A stretch of DNA of 64,000 bases from Phoronis australis (taxonomy: Eukaryota > Animalia > Phoronida). Position numbers and translations under genes: made by a program. The stretch spans positions 271,131 through 335,130 of the forward strand of contig NMRA01000345.1 in the NCBI GenBank assembly GCA_002633005.1, given 5' to 3'. Positions 63,241-64,000 of the stretch are shown in pieces (within the stretch, counting starts at the first letter, position 1; the number at the start of each line of letters is the position of its first letter). The notes under the pieces are model-generated. The model saw only the letters and a list, made by a program, of their open reading frames with translations. It was not told where the DNA came from and did not search any database.

Positions 63241-64000
63241 GTAAGGGTGAATAATATTACCAGAGTGCTGTTTGGTTTTGTGCAAATATGTCTCTGAAAT
63301 AAGTGGTGTATGAATATTGCAGATTTTCATGGCGTGAACTGGCAGAAGCTAATCTGCCAAAGTAATACAAAACAAAAGCGTTGTTTTCCAGAAACTACAT
63401 CCTGTTTGTAAAAGAGAAAAAGTCAATGCAATTTTGGTTTTGCTTTTGTCCCAAATTGTGAAATTTTACAGTAACTTGGTAGAATGTTTCATTTTTTGTG
63501 AAACTATCTGTCTCCAGTGCACTAAGATCGATACAGTACCTGAACCTTTTGACTGAAATTCTGTAAGAAGCTTTTGCAGCTTAGAGAATACAGAAACAGA
63601 AGAAATAACTTCTCAGATGTGACAATTTCGATGAAAATTTTTTTTTGAGAATGAAACGTAGATCTTGTGGCACCTTTGTTTCTGTGGTTATTAAGGATTT
63701 TGGAAAGTCCGACAAATAGTATTACAGTCAATATTTAAAAAGAAATGTGCTTGGCTGCAAAAGTGGGCAGTTGCCTGCTTCTACAAACACCGATAATGAA
63801 TGAATCACTCAATGCATTTAGTGATATCAGGATCAAAGACATTTTTAATTGATGCTTAAATCATTGATTTGCCTGAAAATGTTATCACTTTCAAAATCCC
63901 CACTTTCCTTAAAAAATCCTTTTCAGATGCTTAAATTTACTTTCCGACTAATTTATTTGCTTTATCTGTTAATCACTCGCTGTGTAAACATTAAAACAAG

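Noticed and set aside
46191-63400. AHR autoregulatory XRE (TNGCGTG) cluster
   Set aside because: Only isolated matches were seen (for example 61091 and about 63330), which chance can explain.

Overview
AT-rich, intron-containing animal genomic DNA from a draft, heterozygous assembly. It is probably a marine invertebrate, possibly a deuterostome (inference from gene structure and repeat types). It is not prokaryotic, and most ORFs in the six-frame track are spurious. Host genes: the last three exons of a GH18 chitinase with a C-terminal CBM14 domain (minus strand, 6181-8480) and exons 1-2 of the aryl hydrocarbon receptor AHR (plus strand, 46132-63240, intron 1 about 16.9 kb). Between them is a transposon-dense block. 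It holds a decayed Ty3/Gypsy element with a nested BEL/Pao LTR, hAT5-like elements with 5-bp TSDs, two Kolobok derivatives (one with THAP and KolX remnants), three Tc2-like MITEs and a hairpin-ended Crypton-like element. It also holds an uninterrupted 361-aa ubiquitin-specific protease ORF that is cut off from decayed upstream exons by two adjacent insertions. Single-N joins at 13234 and 40195 and several N gaps are flanked by duplicated sequence, which points to merged haplotypes or misjoins. All calls come from reading the sequence by eye; no searches were run.
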